Notes: generated from the sequence alone by a model not told the origin. A stretch of 64,000 nt of DNA from Squalus acanthias (GCA_030390025.1 CM059432.1:93870001-93934000), one strand, 5' to 3'. Positions 25,836 through 39,848 are shown, counted from the stretch's first letter. Translations and numbers: made by a program.

Positions 25836-27247
25836 GGCTTCAGGTTCTTGTTTGGGAGAACATGCCATGCTTGTGGATTCTTTAAGGACCCTATATGCAT
25901 ATGTGACATAAATATTATTAGCTGTTCTTAGTCTTTTCTCATTCCTAAATTTATTTTTTGTTATACAAGATAGTCTCACTTCTCCCACTAACCTGTCAGA
26001 GCTGTGCTAACATTAAAAATGAAGTTTAAGTTCAAGTTCTTGACTAGTCTAAAGAATCACCTGGAAACATTTTAAACTTTACTTTGCATTTGCATATAGT
26101 TATACTGCAGTGACTGTGAAGCTGAAGTGATGAGAGACCACCTAATTGAGGTGCTCACATGTATCTGGTCCAAGTGACTCGCACCCAAAATCCACTGTGA
26201 TCATCTGCATGGTCTTCTGCACATGTGTCCATATGGGGAGCGGGGCCTAAACAATGCCCCCCACCCCCACCCCATCAGAACGGCGCATGCACAAAAGGAC
26301 GTAGAAAAACAAGATCAGCCCGGTGTGCACGAGAGGCGGCAGAACGAGCAGGGCCCCGAGCTCAGACACCACCAAACCCCGGGGGTGCGGGGGGGGGGGG
26401 GAAAGAGGGGTCTCATGCGCGGCTCCTGGACGCTTGCAGAGTGAGTGAGGATCCCAGGGTTTGGCGGTGTCGGGGATTGGGGCCCTGCTCGTTCTGCCAC
26501 CTCTCGCGTTCTCCAGCCCAGCGTGGGTTTATTCTGTGGTTCTTGGGCGCCACCATTACCAACCACGTGTTCACGAGCGCACCCGCTCAGCGCTCCGGCC
26601 GCACCACACTCGGCTCCCGTCTAACCCTGCAGTCCAATCTGCCACACTCCAGAGCTACAAATTCCGGGGAAACCTTATGAACAAAACATCCACACACATG
26701 GTCCCTTCATTCAGAATTAAAGAATTTTTATCACTTCCAGATGGAAAAAAAAAACTAAACCCACTAATTAGAGTAGAAAGTCTTTTATTTTACCAGCCAA
26801 ATTACCCTATAATTATAAGTGCAGAATATTATTAACAGAGGATCTTCACAAAGCTAAGGGTTGTCTACAGCAGGCAGGATCAAATTACACATTCCAGACT
26901 AACTGTTGGGTGTGTCTTGTCCAAGGGAACTAATCATAAATCTGGTGTTGCAAATAAACACGACCCCCAAAACCACTTCACATCGATTTAAGTCGTGTAA
27001 TGAAACTGATCTAAAAATTAACCATCATTTGGCCTATATTTTCCCCCAAAAAAGAGACAATCAAAAAGCAGTATTCCGTGCTTTAACTCATCTTCCAGTA
27101 AAATCAGTAAACAGAGGATTATACAGTTCACAAAGCAACATAGGTAAAAACATAAGCAAAGGGAGTGTCAGCATTACCCCAGCAAAAATAAACACAAAAT
27201 TAATCTTTTCTCATTCCAGCAACCTAACATTTAACTGTCTAACGTAC

Positions 27248-27352
27248 CTTTTGATTTTCAGAGTCCCGAAATGTCAAACCAAAGTAATCTTTTTCCAGAA
27301 GGTTGAGCTGCCCACAGACCTTGTCAAACAGAACCTGTCCCCTTGCACGTTT
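27248..27352 (-). CDS. EPB41L3: EPB41L3 coding exon (FERM N-lobe)
   Basis: 105 bp, ggacag| ... AAG|GTACGT. Translates [35 protein letters not shown], continuing in frame from the previous exon. Confidence 0.95.
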
Positions 27353-27430
27353 CTGTCCAAAAAGAGAGAGATTTATCAGTGCAAAAACACTAATCAGCAG
27401 GAAGGTTAAACAGATCTCAATAAAGTTAAA

Positions 27431-28183
27431 GGCCTGGAATTTGTGGTGGGTAGTTACGACGAATTAATAGCATTCGCCATTATTACCCCTCAGAAACTGA
27501 CCGCAACTTCAGGATTTAGCGCATGCACATCTAAATGCAGAAATCCTTTGTTGCGGCCCGTCATTCACTGCTCCGACACTGGCTGCGCTGTGGACCCGCC
27601 CCCCATAGCCAGCAATCAGTGTAATCAGTGAAATAGTGAAACTGACGAAACCGCGGAAAAGCCTAAGTTAATATCGCTGTTAAATAACCCATTAAATGTT
27701 AAGCCTTGTTGGAATAGGTGTAGCTGGGGTTTTAACAGCGTTTTGACGACTAAACAAACATTATGGCCCCGAAAAAACAATTTTTATGTTTGTGGAATGT
27801 CAAATTTCTCCATTATGATAAAAATTACAATAAAAAAAAAATGTTAAATAATTTTTTTTTTAAACAAGAGCTTGTTCATGGTAGTTCAGGTTCTCCCTTA
27901 TCCCAATATGAGTCCCAATCTTTGTTTTGCTCTCTAACATTTTTAAAAGTCTGGATAAAAGCAGCTTCTCATTTCCGGTCTGTGAGAATTCTGCAATGTG
28001 ATTGGCTGCTTAGACAGCTTACTGACGTCACAGCAGCTTCGCACTAGGGATTCCCACTACAGAGCACTGAAATCACTTGAATGTCGAAAAAGACAAACTT
28101 CTTGCTACTGAGATCGCGAGGCAGCTTTCTTCAGGGCCAACGGCGAGTGCCTTTGCTTCACCGCTGACCGCAAATTCCGGCCC
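27431..28183 (+). mobile_element. Structured MITE, subfamily B
   Basis: GGCCTGGAATTTG ... CAAATTCCGGCCC; shared GATTGGCTGCTTAGACAGC..TGACGTCACAGC block; about 80 bp upstream of an EPB41L3 acceptor. Confidence 0.8.
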
Positions 28184-29029
28184 AATATTTCTTCGTAGTG
28201 AAAAAGGTTGTGATACCAATAGGAAAACAGAACCATATTTTTTTCAAAGCCCTCAACCATCTACACAAAAGTATGTGAACCTGCTTATTTGAAAAGGAAA
28301 CCATTCACTGAAGCAGAATCTACTAGCACTGCCAGGGGTATGACGAACTCTCTCCCTCGTTCCTTCCCCCATCAATACAAAAAGGCCAATTTAACGAAGT
28401 TAAAGTTTAACACTTATGCAGCACTCCATTTTTCTGCAGCAGTTTAATTTTATACATACCTATTATTTAAACTCCTTTTAATAACGGTCAGTTATGCAGC
28501 AATGAGTTTACTTTGTCTGATAATTTAACAACTTCAGTCAACAATTTTAGTAGCGACCAAAATGAAGAACACTTCAAATAGCAAATTCTAAGATGCTATG
28601 ATCCTGCCTTTGTCAAGATAAATGTAATTAAGTTTTTGCCCTGAAATCTATTTGTAAATGAAAGTGGAGCAAAAGCATAGTGTTGGAGCAACAGCGCAAG
28701 GTACACAGAGTAATGGAGCACAGGTTCAATTCATCCACTCGACCGAGTTTTCAATCCCTGTGCCTGTTCCATTTTGAGTTGTTTGGGGCCCTTCATGAGA
28801 ACTCTGGGAAGTACCAAATGATGGCTGGATTTCTTCTAAAAGGCAATAAGGTCAGAGGAAGAGTCATCTCCAAGGCCACTCTTGTACACCTCTGAGCAGC
28901 CGGTTCAGAATGGCCCTGCTGTAGGTCTTGGGTACATTGCTGACTGACTGACCCTCACAATCAACAGCAATTATCGATTTTTATTGAACTTAAAATGTAA
29001 TCAAATGTTTATGAATTGGGAAGATACCA

Positions 29030-29183
29030 GGGCTGAAATTGGTCTTTGGTGAGAGCGCAAAACAGGGACTAGCAAATCAGCAGCCTGTTTTACACAGTGC
29101 CCGATTATCTTTACACTGAAGCCAATGGAAAATTGATTAACTATTGCCTCTCACATATTTTTGCCAAAGACCAATTTCAACCA
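29030..29183. mobile_element. Small MITE with GGGCTGAAATTGGTCTTTGG TIRs
   Basis: CCAAAGACCAATTTCAACC at the other end; similar to the 45867 element. Confidence 0.55.
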
Positions 29184-29534
29184 CGCAGTCTGCTTATTGC
29201 TAGAACACTTCTCAAATCCTCCATGAATAACAACCACTACATCACTATGACAAAGGGAATATATTTTTCTAAAAGATAGCAATTCTTTACAAAAGATTAA
29301 GTGAAATTTGGGAATTTATATGATTACTTTCTGCTAGTTCAATTTTTTTCTCGGTCTTAACTGACCTGCCTGGTTTGAATGATTCCACCAAACAGGTCAG
29401 AAATGTCCTCTTTACAAATGAAACTCCACTACAACTCCATGATGATACAACTACATCATCAATGTTCCTTTTAGTTAATTTTGTATTGTCTCAGTGACAG
29501 ACGAGGTCTCATCCAAAGAGGTCAATTGTACAGT

Positions 29535-30797
29535 ACATAGAATAGGAGTAGGTCATTCAGCCCCTCGAGACTGTTCTGCCATTCAATAAATTATGGCTAA
29601 CCTATATATCAGCTCCATTTACCCACTTTTTTCCATATCCCTCGATACCCATACCTAACAAAAATCTATCAATCTCAGTGTTGAAAATTTTAATTGGCCC
29701 AGTGCCAACAGCTTTTTTTGAGGGGGGGGGCAGCGTTGGAGGGAAAAGAGTTCCACATTTCCACTACCTTTTGTGCAAAAAAGTGCTTTCTGATTTCACT
29801 CCTAACTGGCTTCGCTCTATTTTTAAGATTATCCCCTTTGTTCTGAGCACTTGGTAAAATATGAACTGATCAGAGAGAGTCAATGTGGATTTGCAAAGGT
29901 AAATCATGCCTCATGAACCTAGTTGAATTTTTTGGAGAGGTAACTGAAGTGCTAATTAAGGGAGTGTCTATGGATTTTTTTAATATGGACGTCCAGAAGA
30001 CATTCAACACGGTTCCACACAAGAAACTGTTAACAAATGAGAGTGCACAAAATTGGAGATAACCTATTGAAATGGGTAGGGAATTGGGTAGGAGGTAGGA
30101 GACAGAGAGTAAGGATAATGGGTATGTGCTCGAATTGGCAAGATTTGACTAGTGATGCCCCCCAGGGATCTGTGCTGTGGCATCAGATTTTCTCTATTGT
30201 TATAAATGACTTCGACAAAGGAATACTAATATCCAAGTTTGCTGACGGCACCAAGTTAGGTGGCACAGTAAGTACTGTAGATGGGAGCAGAAAGTTGCAA
30301 AGGGTTATTGATAAAGTGAGTGGGGCAAAACTGTGGCAGATGGAGTTTAATGTGGGGAAATGTGAGATCATCCACTTTGGACCCAAGAAAGATAGATCAG
30401 AGTATTTTCTAAATGGTGAGAAGCTGGGAACTATGGAAGAGCAGAGAGATTTAGGAGTCCAAGTACATAAATCATTAAAAGCTAGTGGACAGGTAATAGA
30501 ATGTTGGCCTTTATCTCCAAGGGGCTGGAATACAAAGGGGTACAAGTTATGTTACAGTTATATAAAGCTCTGCTTAGACGCCATCTGGAGCACTGCTTTC
30601 AGTTCTGGGCGCCGCACCTCAGGAAGGATATATTGGCCTTGGAGGGGGTGCAGCACAGATTCACCAGAATGATACTGGGGCTAAAATGGTTAAATTATGA
30701 GGACAGGTTGCATAGATGAGGTTTGCATTCCCTTAAGTATAGAAGATTAAGGGGTGATCTAGTTGAGGTGTTTAAGATGATTAAAGGATTTGATCGG

Positions 30798-30858
<61 letters not shown>

Positions 30859-31770
30859 CTATTTCCTCTCTGGTGGGCGAGTCCAGAACAAGGGGGTATA
30901 ACCTTAAAATTAGAGCTCGGCAGTTCAAGGACGATATCAGAAAGCACTTCCTCACACAGAGGGTGGTGGAGATCTGGAACTCTCTCCACCAAAAAGCTGT
31001 TGAGGCTCGGTCAATTGAAAATTTCACAACTGAGATTGCTAGGTTTTTGTTAGGGAAGGGTATTAAGGGTTACTGAACTACTGTAGGTAAATGAAGTTAA
31101 GTTACAGATCTGCCATGATCAAACTGAACGCTGAACAAGCTCAAGGGACTGAATGGCCTATACCTGTTCCTATACTCCACAATTCCCACCAGTGGAAATA
31201 ATTTCTTTGTATCTATCCTATTGAATTCCCTCAATTAGATCATCCTTAACCATTTAAACTCAGGGGGATACAAATCCACCTTATGCAAGATATCCTCATA
31301 ATTTAACCCTTTAAGCCTGGCATCATTCTGGTGAATCAGTGCTGCACCCCTTCCACAATCAATGTATCTTTCCTGAAGTTCAGTGCCCAAAACTGAACAC
31401 AGTACTCTAGAGGGGGTTTGACCAAGGCTCTGTACAAACTTCCTCACTTTTGTATTCCAACCTCTGATTGCTTTTATGCCTGTGCACTTGTTTTTTTTTT
31501 AGTGTGTACACTGACATGTAAATTATTTTCTCCTCCACAGCTCCTAGTCGCTACACATTAAGAAAATATTCTGATTTGCCTTTATCGGATCCGAAGTGGA
31601 TGACCTCACACTTCCCCACATTGAACTCCATCTGCCATAGTTTTGTCCACTCACTTAGTCCGTCTGTCACCTTGTAACTTCCTGCTCGAATCTAGACAAC
31701 TTATTATGTTTCCTAACATAGTGTCATCTGCAAATTTGTATATAATATAAATCTCTACTCCTTCATCTAA
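29535..31770. mobile_element. CR1 (-) split by a CR1 (+, ~29846-31175)
   Basis: Minus-strand 3' UTR at 29535-29845 continues at ~31180; plus-strand RT (PQGSVL, FADG) and 3' UTR lie between. Confidence 0.8.
30801..30856. repeat. (GA)28 microsatellite within CR1
   Basis: Direct count of uninterrupted GA units. Confidence 0.95.
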
Positions 31771-31849
31771 GTTAGGGGTTCTCAACCTTTTTGCTTGAGG
31801 CCCCCCCAATCGCGTATTATAAAAATTCCACGGACCTCCCGTGACACAA

Positions 31850-32225
31850 AACAACAACAACAACTTGTATTTATATCGCACCTTTAATGTAGTAAAACAT
31901 CCCAAGGCACTTCACAGGAGCGTTATCAAACAAAATTTGACACTGAGCCCCATAAGGAGATATTAGGGCAGATTAGTCAAAGAGATGGATTTTAAGGAGT
32001 GTTTTGAAGGAAGAAAGAGAGGTAGAGAGGCTGGGAGGTTTGGGGAAGGAATTTCAGAGCTTAGGGCCCAGACAGCTGAAGGCACGGCCGCCAATGATGA
32101 GCATTCCCAATTTGAATCGCTCCAAGAGGCCAGAATTGGAGGAGCACAGATATCTCGGAGTGTTGTAGGGCTGGAGCAGATTACAGAGATAGGGAGGGGT
32201 GAGGCCATGGAGGTATTTGAAAACT
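31850..32225 (-). mobile_element. L2 LINE 3' fragment
   Basis: (CAA)n then CTTGTATTTATAT..CCCAAGGC.CTTCACAGGAG, matching the end of the L2 at 40287. Confidence 0.75.
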
Positions 32226-33018
32226 TATACAATTAAACATATAAATTTTAGGGATTAGTGATAGACGGTAGGACTATGGTTAGGGTGTTAGGGATTACGT
32301 TAGCGTTTCGGACAACACACTTCCAGCCCACCCTCAACCTCTATCCTTGCAAATTACTTTAAGTATTAATCTTCAAACTTGGGATGGGGAAAACTAGGCT
32401 TTCTATGTGGGACTTATGTAATATAACTTGGCACAAGGGTATAAGGAAAAACCCTCCCCACTGCTGCCACCAGCAGTGATTTGACTGCAACAAAAAGAGC
32501 TGCTGTGAAGAAACCGGTGGCAAGACATCAGTGCTGAAGGACAGGCAGATCAAATGATGATGCAGATACAGATTTGAGAATGGATTGCAGCAACTGTTGA
32601 ATTTGCTGCTGTATATACACACAGCAGTTCTCTATTAGAGCTGGGGTAGTTGCTTTTATGTATTTAGTATTTGATATTTTCATAAATTTTTCACTTAAGG
32701 TGGTTAGCATGTCTTTCTTCAGGACTGCAGTTTTAATTTAATGGATTGCACCTTTAACTCATGTTACATGTTATACCCAGAATAAAAGTTTTCCTGCTAC
32801 ACAGGTATTTTACCCTTGTGCAAAAAGAGGATATATTGATATACATGCTTTATGGGTATGTGGTAGGCACAGTACATCTGAGGTGCACTATGCCAGAGAG
32901 GAAGTAGCCGCTCACATTTTTGCTGCACCATATCATTTGCAGGGCTGGGGGAACTCTAGGTGCAGGCCCATCCATTGTCTGGACCTTGTCACTCAACATT
33001 GAAGAGCTGAAGAAGCTG

Positions 33019-34341
33019 GGCCTAGAAATTCGGGCTTGCCCATTTTTGGCCACAGGGAATGACCACTGTGCCTGAATGCTGAGACCCGAGGTGCATCTGA
33101 TATTGGGCCTCAATACCATGTCTGCAGCTCGCCAGCGAATAGAAGATCAGGCTGCTGCTGGCATTGTAGCGGCCCTCAAATAAGTGAGGAAGCTGAGCGA
33201 CCGGATCAGGAACGGAGGCGATCGGGTTGGGAGGTATTGGTGTCCTGCAGCAGCCTGCGTACTTTTAACGTGGGACAGGAAGAGTAGAAGTGCTCCACAT
33301 TCAGGCGAATATATATATATTTTTAAACTTGCCTTGTTGGTTGTGGCCCAGGTTTCCTGGGCGCTGGCTGCCTCAATCTTGCAATGGGGGCTTCAAACAG
33401 GCATTAGGATCCTTATTTGCATATGCAATGGGCCGAAAATTGATCCCGGGACGCGAGAGTACGCACTGCATACTCTCGCGTATTCCCACTCCAATTGCCG
33501 GTTTTCTGCATGCCCTGCGCATGCGCTGAAAACCGGCAATTGCTCTTCCGAAAAGGGGGCGGGGCCTGAGTGCATCGCGTGCGCGCTACAGGCTGCGCGC
33601 ACGCTGTGCACTTCATGCTTTGGACGCACAGGTAAGTAGGGAAGATTTTGGAAATGTAAAAAGGAGGAGTAAGACCCGCTTTTAAGAAGGTAAGTAGTGA
33701 ATTAAGTATTTTTTTGAATTTTTTTTTACAGGTATATCTTTTTTATAGACTTTAAAGACAGGTAAGTTTATTTTTATAACTTTTTAAAAGATTTTAAATT
33801 TTTTCAAAAATTTAATTTTTTATTTAAAATGGTTAATTTAATTAACTATACTTATTTTATTAATGTGATGGTTTTTTTTTTAAATTTAATTGAGGTTTAG
33901 CTGTTATTTTGGGGGGGTGTAAGATTCAGAAGTCTCACAGCCATGCTGTGAGACTTATGAATGGAAGATGGTGTGCTGCCATTGGCTCTAACTGAGTCAC
34001 GTGATCCCACAGCTCGCACGAATTAACTACGCCGCTGGGATACGCAAGCCCAGCACAGCTGATGTCTGGAACATCAAGTTCGTGCGAGCTGGATCAGAAA
34101 AAGCATAAGCGAGGTGAGACATCGCGGGGAAGGCTTACCCCCGCGGGAACAGAGCGAGATCAATTTCTGGGCCAATGTTTCAGGCATGGGCACTGCATGC
34201 CACTTTTTTGGCCTTTACCAACATGCCATGTGGCGCACATCCGGGTAGTAATAAGCATCAGCCTTCTGCCCGCCATATTGGTGGCTTGGCAGACTGTTCA
34301 TCGCCTGAAAAATAGGTGCTATGCAGCCAAATTTCTGGACT
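33019..34341. mobile_element. MITE family C (host of a nested subfamily-A copy)
   Basis: GGCCTAGAAATT ... AATTTCTGGACT with CTG on both sides; homologous in reverse to 36846-37990. Confidence 0.6.
33430..34173 (+). mobile_element. Structured MITE, subfamily A, complete
   Basis: GGGCCGAAAATTGATC ... GATCAATTTCTGGGCC with AAT/AAT TSD. Confidence 0.82.
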
Positions 34342-36845
34342 CTGGTGTTTACGCAGTTCTGCTTCAATTTAGTGTTCATCTCAAATTAAGCAGGGCTTCC
34401 TGCTTGGAGTATAACTGGAGTTGGGACAGGGAGTGGGGTAAGCGTAACTGAAATTTATTTCTTTCTGGTCAGATTTTGTAAATTAGTTTACAAATCCAAG
34501 GCCTTTTCTGATGCCAGAATATCTTACACTTATTCACGGATTTGCTCTGCTTCCTATTTTGGTATCTTAGCAAGCTCATTCTGAAGTGACATGGTATTGA
34601 AGGGTATGATGAGAAGGCAGGTAGGCTGACTGATCCATCAAAACAATTTACAGGCTTGTTGGGCAAATTGGCCTTTTCCTGTACTTGTAACTCTTAAGTT
34701 ATCATGTTGACGAAGGGGCACGATATATTCAGCTAATTTATTTGAATCTAGCACAAAACCAAAAGGAATCCTGTAACTAGCTAAAAAGATAGAAAAGGAA
34801 ACAAATGTGACAATAAAGCATGAAGGAAGAGAGTTTAAGAACTTGAAAATTATCAACATGGGGTCTTATTATCTGAAGTATGAGCTATCGACTTCAATCA
34901 TAACCATACAAACTTCAAATTTAATATTTAATAATTCTTAGTGAGTATCTAGCAAACTCCAAAGCCTTTGTGACCTTTATTTGCTGATTAATCTTAAATA
35001 AATAATTCACCAAGCTTCTCAAATCAGATTTGATACAGTTCATAAAATACCAGCCACAGATTCATTGTATTCACAATAATTTAGAATGATTTATTTAACC
35101 TACAGAATTGTTGCAATTCACATTATAAAACTAATACTTCTAGCAGAATTCTTGTTCTGTACTCAGTGGGAGTCCTGCACCCATATTCCAGCTTTTTATG
35201 CAAAATGCTTTGTTTACATTCCATTCGATATTAGTGGGAGTTATTATACAAATACATTTCTGTAACACGAACACTGTAAAGCTGACACAAATACAGTCTT
35301 CTGAAATACATGCACAGGATATTCCTGGTTTAGATTTGAGTGTACAAATAATCCCATTAAAATCAACAATGCATCTGTCAGGTTAGCATCTACAGGATTC
35401 TCAAATTATCAACCCAAGCACTTCATCTATAGTGTATCGTCACTCAATGAAAATAAAAACAATTTTTATGGCATTTCAGTCACGTGGTAATTACTATAGC
35501 ATCCTAAATCAAGTCAGTGATGAATAAGACCACTGCAAGGAATATGTACTTCAAAATTAATATTTAACAAGTCATTAACAGATGTAATAGATAGGTTGCT
35601 GTGGCATTGATGTAGGAAGAGAAACTTTTCTACCTCACATTGTGCTGGTACAGCGCATTGATATACCAACACTCGAATTTTCTCCTCCACTGCCACATCA
35701 AGGGGATGCACTGATTGGTGCCAAGGCACTTCTGCAGAGAGGTGGAGTAAGCTTATGGACAAGTCATGCCTGGTCACTCCTGTATTCACCTCCCAATAAG
35801 TGACCAGCTGCAGAACTGGGAGCAGGTCACTTGCCCAATGTCTTGGACATCAAATATCAGTGATTGGAGTTTCCATGGGGATTCTCCAGCAGAAGATCAG
35901 CTGAGCCCGTGGAGAAATATAATAAATAACAATTTGCATTTATATAGTGTCTTTAACAAAAAATGTTCTGATGCACTTCAGGATGTATAAATCAGACAAA
36001 AATGGATGCTAGGCCGAAGAAGGAGTTATGAGGAGGGTGATCAAAAGGTTGATCAAAACAGTGGGTTTTAAGGGCCTTAAAGGGCGAGGCAAAGGAGTTT
36101 AGGGAGTAAAAAAAAAAGCGGTTTACAACAATATTTCTCTAGGGGTTCCACTGATCTATTGCCAAAGTTACAGTAGGAGAGCAGGACAACCCTGTGGAAA
36201 TTCCGGGGCATATTCCAGGTGGCAAAACCTCAGTCTCAGAGCAGATCGTTAGTCCACTTCATTTTTCCTTAAAAACTGCAATGCAAATGGGATCAATTGT
36301 CTATGCATAGGATGCAAATTTAAACTACGCGACGATGAAAAAAAAAAAATCAGGATATACTTGTAAAATTAAAAAAATTCTAAAATAAATACAATATACT
36401 ACAAGTGTTAAAACCTGCAAACAAAAAGTTGGACAAATTAAATGTTCTATAACTCAACTTTGTTTTTTTGCACAAGACAGCTAAATCTAATCTGGTGTGC
36501 ACAAACAGACATCTGTTAATCCTAATACCATGATCATTAGTCACAATACTGTAAAATCTGCCAAACCAAGCACCTCTTTCGCTTTAATGATTCACAAAAA
36601 CATAGCACCATGTTAAACGTTGAATACATCAATCCAATGTCACTGTAATGCTGACACTTTCTTTCCCATTTTTAAAATAGATAAACAAGCTTGGTACTGG
36701 CAGGCATGTTCGTTGCTAGGAGAATGCTAATGAAAATAAAATTGCAAAAGTCTAGAAAATATTAAAGGTGGAAGAGTAGGCTGGTGGCTTGATTAAAACC
36801 AAACCTTTTGAGTAAAACAGCAATGAGGCTAAAGGACAACATATG

Positions 36846-37990
36846 GGCCTAGAAATTGAATGGCGCGTGCCGATTTTTCTGGTGCTAAACAGGCGTTTAA
36901 GCCTCCAATATGGCGGGCAGGAAGCACAGGCTCATTATGAGCCAGAAGGGCACCATCTGCCATATTGGTGTAGACATAAAATAGGCATCCCAGGCGTACA
37001 CCTGAAACAGGCATTAGGCCCTTTTTCAAATTCAAATAAGTTTCAGATCCCCTCTGTAATAATGGCCCGAAAATTAGACCTAATACGCGAGAGTACGCAC
37101 TGTGTACTCTCGCGTATTCGGTCCCGAATTGCCGGTTTCCTGCATGCTCTGCGCATGTGCGGGAAACCGGCACTTCGTGTATTGCAAAGGGGGCGGTTCC
37201 TAAGTGAACAGCGTGCGCACTACAGGTTGCGCGCACGCAGTGCCCTTGTTTTTTTTTTCAGGTTTGTACGCGCAGATAAGTGGTGAAGATTTTACACATA
37301 AAGAAAGCAGGCGTAGGACCCCCTTTTAACAAGGTAAGTAGTTAATTAAGTGTTATTTTAAATTTTTTCAACAGGTTTATCTTTTTTTTTAGAGACTTTA
37401 AAGAAAGGTAAGTTTATTTTTATAACTTTTAAAAAGAATTAAAAAAATTTCAAAAACTTTATTTTTTGTTTAAAGTGGTTAATTTATTTAACTATAGTTA
37501 TTTTATTAATGTGATGGCTTTTTTTTAAATTTAATTGAGGTTTAGCTGTTCTTTTGGGGGCTTGTAGTATTCATAGCTTTGACAGCCCTTGCTGTCAAAA
37601 CTATGAATGAAAGATGGTGTGCTGCCATTGGCTCTAACTGTCCCACGTGATCCCAGAGCTCGCACGAACTAATTGCGTCTCTGGGACACGCAAGCACTGC
37701 ACGCCGGCAACAGGGAGAGGCCCTCAAACTGAAGTTCGTGTGGGCCCGAAACAAAAAGGTAGGCGCGGAGTGCGATATCGCGGGGAATCCTTACCCCCGC
37801 GGCAACCATCAATGTTTAATTTCTGGGCCATTGTATCAGTTGCATTCAGAAACACCAGGTCTACATGCAGCCCAACATGCGGTCCTTAAAGGGACCACTA
37901 CAGGCCGCAACCAACAAGGCAAGTGTTTAAAATATACTTACCCAAATGTGGAGCCAGGAGCAAGAGTGCTCCTCCCGGCTCCACATACAA
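36846..37990. mobile_element. MITE family C, opposite orientation to the 33019 copy, host of a subfamily-A copy
   Basis: CCAATATGGCGGGCAG and GGCCGCAACCAACAAGGCAAGT are reverse complements of blocks in 33019-34341; right boundary approximate. Confidence 0.55.
37064..37829 (+). mobile_element. Structured MITE, subfamily A, complete
   Basis: GGCCCGAAAATTA ... TAATTTCTGGGCC; flanks AAT/ATT. Confidence 0.82.
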
Positions 37991-38561
37991 ACCACTGCTC
38001 CCCTCCCCAAGGGGCAGGCATTTGAGAGGGCTGGCTGGAAAAGTCACACAAGCAGTCATCAGGAGAGAGGATGGCACCATGAGGGTGGATTCTTGCCATG
38101 CCACTTGTGCTGGGTCCTGGATTGGAGTGCCCACTTATCAGCAGGAGGGCAGACCTGCTGGTACAGACACCAAGAAATACAATCCTTAAGCTCGTGGAAG
38201 CCAATTGCTATCATTCTCCCCAAACTATCACCCACAGCCTGAAGGCCACTGGTCAAAGCAACCACACTGGATGCATTGACTGGTCTCAACACCTCTGTCA
38301 GATGGTCCTAGTGCTGCCACTCATTCCAGGAAAGGCTGCACTGTCTAGAAACTTTCTCAGATACTAGCACGGAGGAAGGCATTGGATTCCACGGTGAACC
38401 ATGTCATCTATCTCAGCCCCTCCAAGATGGTCCTCAGTGCCTTCACACAAGTGTGATGCTCATAAAGCATCCTCCTTTAAAGAACTGAGTCAGCAGGCCC
38501 TGGAGCCAGGGGCTGACTTCTGCAGAGACTTCACTCCCCAACGTTGAATCCCACTTTCATA

Positions 38562-39310
38562 TAGAACATCAGAACATAAGAAATAGGAGCAGGAGTAGGC
38601 CATTTGGCCCTTCGAGCTTGCTCCATCATTCAATAAGATCATGGCTGATCTACCTTAACTCCACTTGCCTGCACTATCCCCATATCCCTTGATTCCCTTA
38701 ATATTCCAAAATCTATCGATCTCTGTCTTGAATATACTCAACGACTGAGTCTCCACAGCCCTCTGGGGTAGAGAATTCCAAAGATTCACCACCCTCTGAG
38801 TGAAGAAATTTCTCCTCATCTCAGTCCTAAATGGCCGACCCCTTATCCTGAGACTGTGACCCCTGGTTCTAGACTCCCTAGCCAGGGGAAACATCCTCCC
38901 TGCATCTACCCTGTCAAGCCCTGTAACAATTTTGTATGTTTCAATGAGATCACCTCTCATTCTTCTAAACTCCAGAGAGTATAGGTCTAGTCTACTCAAT
39001 CTGTCCTCATAGGGCAATCCCCCCATCACAGGAACCAGTCTGGTAAACCTTTGTTGCACTCCTCTATGGCAAGTATATCCTTCCTTCGGTAAGGAGACCA
39101 AAACTGTACATAGTACTCCAGGTGTGGTCTCACCAGAGCCCTATATAACTGCAGTAAGACATCTTTACTCTTATACTCAAATCCTCTTGTAATAAAGCCC
39201 AACATACCATTTGCTTTCTTAATTGTTTGCTGTACCTGCATGTTAACTTTCAGTGATTTGTGTACAAGGACACCCAGGTCCCTCTGAACACGAACGTTTC
39301 CCAATTTCAT
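38562..39310 (-). mobile_element. CR1 LINE 3' fragment
   Basis: VRPHLEYYVQFWSPY, EFRRMRGDLIETYKI, 3' UTR and tail. Confidence 0.9.
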
Positions 39311-39848
39311 CTATGACTCCTTCTGAACCCTCCTGTTGGGTCTCATCCAGTGAAAAAACCCTTCTTGCAACTATCTACATGCCCCCTAAGTTAATTTCTC
39401 TGGGCTGGTGAGTAATAGAGAAAGGGGGAAATTTCAGCATGGGGAGGATGCAGCTGGTTGGGCAGAGGTGGAAGACTGCTCACCTCTTTCTGGCTCCTTC
39501 TCCTTAGTGGCCTCCATTGTTCCTTTAAACACAAGCAGGTTTTATATCTTGTTGCTGCACCAGGTTTCCTTCACCACCCACTCCCTTTCCAGCCAGAGCC
39601 CTTTTAGGGCCTAACTCCCACCGTTGCAGTTTCCTGCCCCCACCCCGTCGAGTATCTGAGGCATTGCAGGCTGCATTTAAGATTCTTCACATGCTAATTC
39701 TCTGACCCTATAATTTAAGACAAGGGGTCAAGACTGGAACATCAAGCCAGGAGTAAGTCCCACCCGCATCACTTTCAGTGCCACAATGGTGTTTTCGAAT
39801 TTTGGGGCCCTCACCTATATTCATTCATGTAAGTATTGAAGAAATAGT

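Noticed and set aside
26906..27409. 167-aa plus-strand ORF
   Set aside because: Antisense shadow of the real minus-strand exon; no recognisable domain.
30723..31076. Protein with an RE-repeat tract
   Set aside because: Translation of a (GA)28 microsatellite expanded inside a dead CR1.
29535..31770. Twin-priming 5' inversion of a single CR1
   Set aside because: Both orientations have their own 3' tails and the minus copy continues across the plus copy, so this is nesting.
31776..31845. hAT-like terminus TAGGGGTTCTCAACC (similar hint at ~57527)
   Set aside because: No matching second TIR or 8-bp TSD could be identified.
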